From Trichoplax adhaerens (Eukaryota > Animalia > Placozoa): a stretch of 9,213 nucleotides of DNA. Under the pieces are notes generated by a model that was not told where the DNA came from, made no database searches, and was given only the letters and a program-made list of their open reading frames with translations. This document shows positions 8,365 to 9,213 of this stretch, one piece after another. The number at the start of each line of letters is the position of its first letter. Within the stretch, counting starts at the first letter, position 1. The translations under genes were made by a program, and so were the position numbers. The stretch covers positions 1 to 9,213 of the forward strand of contig NW_002061074.1 of NCBI RefSeq assembly GCF_000150275.1, in the 5' to 3' direction.

Positions 8365-9107
8365 ATCATTCCATTTCGAACCATATAAGCAGTCAATGGA
8401 CCTTGAGATGATCCAGTTACTGGGTCTTCTGCAATTCCTATTAAAGGTCCAAACACCCTACTATGTGCATGGCTGTTTTCATCGACACCATGAGGTGTTA
8501 ATGCACAATAAAGTATAATATTATGTTGTTCGGCATGAACTTTAGCAGTCTTTTGATTGACATTGAGCTCTTTCAGCTGTTGCAATGATTTAATAGCAAA
8601 ATAAACGTAGCGATTAGTTTTTTCCATCAAGATTGGTTTGGATTGATCGATAGCATCTAAATTAATGGCTAATGCTTCAGCAAGTTGTGCATGATTGAAA
8701 GGTAGAGGATCAAGATTAATAGAGAGAGGAAAGAAAGAAATAATCGGTTCTTTACCACTCCAATCGATTTCACCTTTGACTAAACCAGCATTAATTTCAA
8801 TATCATATTGTTTCACGATACCCAGATCAGCACCAAATCTTCTCTCTTTAGCAATCGTGGCCAATGTTACTAACGTTACGTGACCACAAAATGTGATTTC
8901 TGCATCGCTAGGAGTAAAATAACGCAAGCGAAAATTGGCACGTTGACTTGTTAAAACATAACCAGTCGCGGAATTATTCATTTCTCGAGCAATATTTTTC
9001 ATATCTTTCTCTGTCAGATTATCGGCATCGAGTACAACTGCTCCTGGATTGCCACCAAATAATTGAGCTGAGAATGCATCAAATTGATGAATGCGATTAG
9101 TTTTCAT
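8352..9107 (-). CDS. PhzF-family (phenazine biosynthesis-like / DAP-epimerase fold) isomerase, N-terminal 251 aa; truncated by a frameshift
   Basis: The ORF carries PhzF-family motifs in the expected order: DAF..FGGNP, IAREMNNSAT (consensus NLSET), RYFTP..E..FCGH, HSRVFGP..GIAEDPVTGS. It stops before the family's EQG...GRP C-terminal motif, which lies in the -1 frame. Confidence 0.9.
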   Translation of the reverse strand: MKTNRIHQFDAFSAQLFGGNPGAVVLDADNLTEKDMKNIAREMNNSATGYVLTSQRANFRLRYFTPSDAEITFCGHVTLVTLATIAKERRFGADLGIVKQYDIEINAGLVKGEIDWSGKEPIISFFPLSINLDPLPFNHAQLAEALAINLDAIDQSKPILMEKTNRYVYFAIKSLQQLKELNVNQKTAKVHAEQHNIILYCALTPHGVDENSHAHSRVFGPLIGIAEDPVTGSSQGPLTAYMVRNGMIHNH

Positions 9108-9213
9108 CTTGATTTAGGTCCGTGTTGAATCAAGTGCTGTTGTAGAACGTTGGCAAGGTGAAATACGGATTCATTTCTTGCTCGAATTCCTCCTTAAAGG
9201 TAATGCTCACACC

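Noticed and set aside
8695-8883. 62-aa plus-strand ORF
   Set aside because: It is the antisense shadow of the PhzF-family CDS.
9129-9195. AAGGAGG Shine-Dalgarno-like motif with a 14-aa upstream ORF before the PhzF gene
   Set aside because: The motif is 14 nt from the uORF ATG and ~80 nt from the PhzF start, so it is compatible with chance.

Overview
This AT-rich, gene-poor window looks like eukaryotic nuclear DNA from a draft assembly: it has a 50-N scaffold gap, satellite-like arrays and many GT-AG splice-like signals with 65-90 nt intron-like spacers. The organism cannot be identified from the sequence. The only recognisable protein gene is an intronless PhzF-family (DAP-epimerase fold) isomerase on the minus strand (9107->8212). 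It is broken by a -1 frameshift near 8364 and has Ala in place of the catalytic Glu. The rest is mostly repeats: a nested tandem array (~1040-2780), a 200-bp dispersed duplication, 79- and 69-bp tandem duplications, and ten ~130-bp units (5525-6804). The most interesting signal is in the 130-bp array. Every unit holds a length-invariant 51-nt (17-codon) block, followed by GT in all ten copies and preceded by TAG in nine, with all indels confined to the spacers. This is the architecture of a cryptic tandem symmetric-exon gene that the ORF track cannot see. No CRISPR array, rRNA or tRNA is supported.
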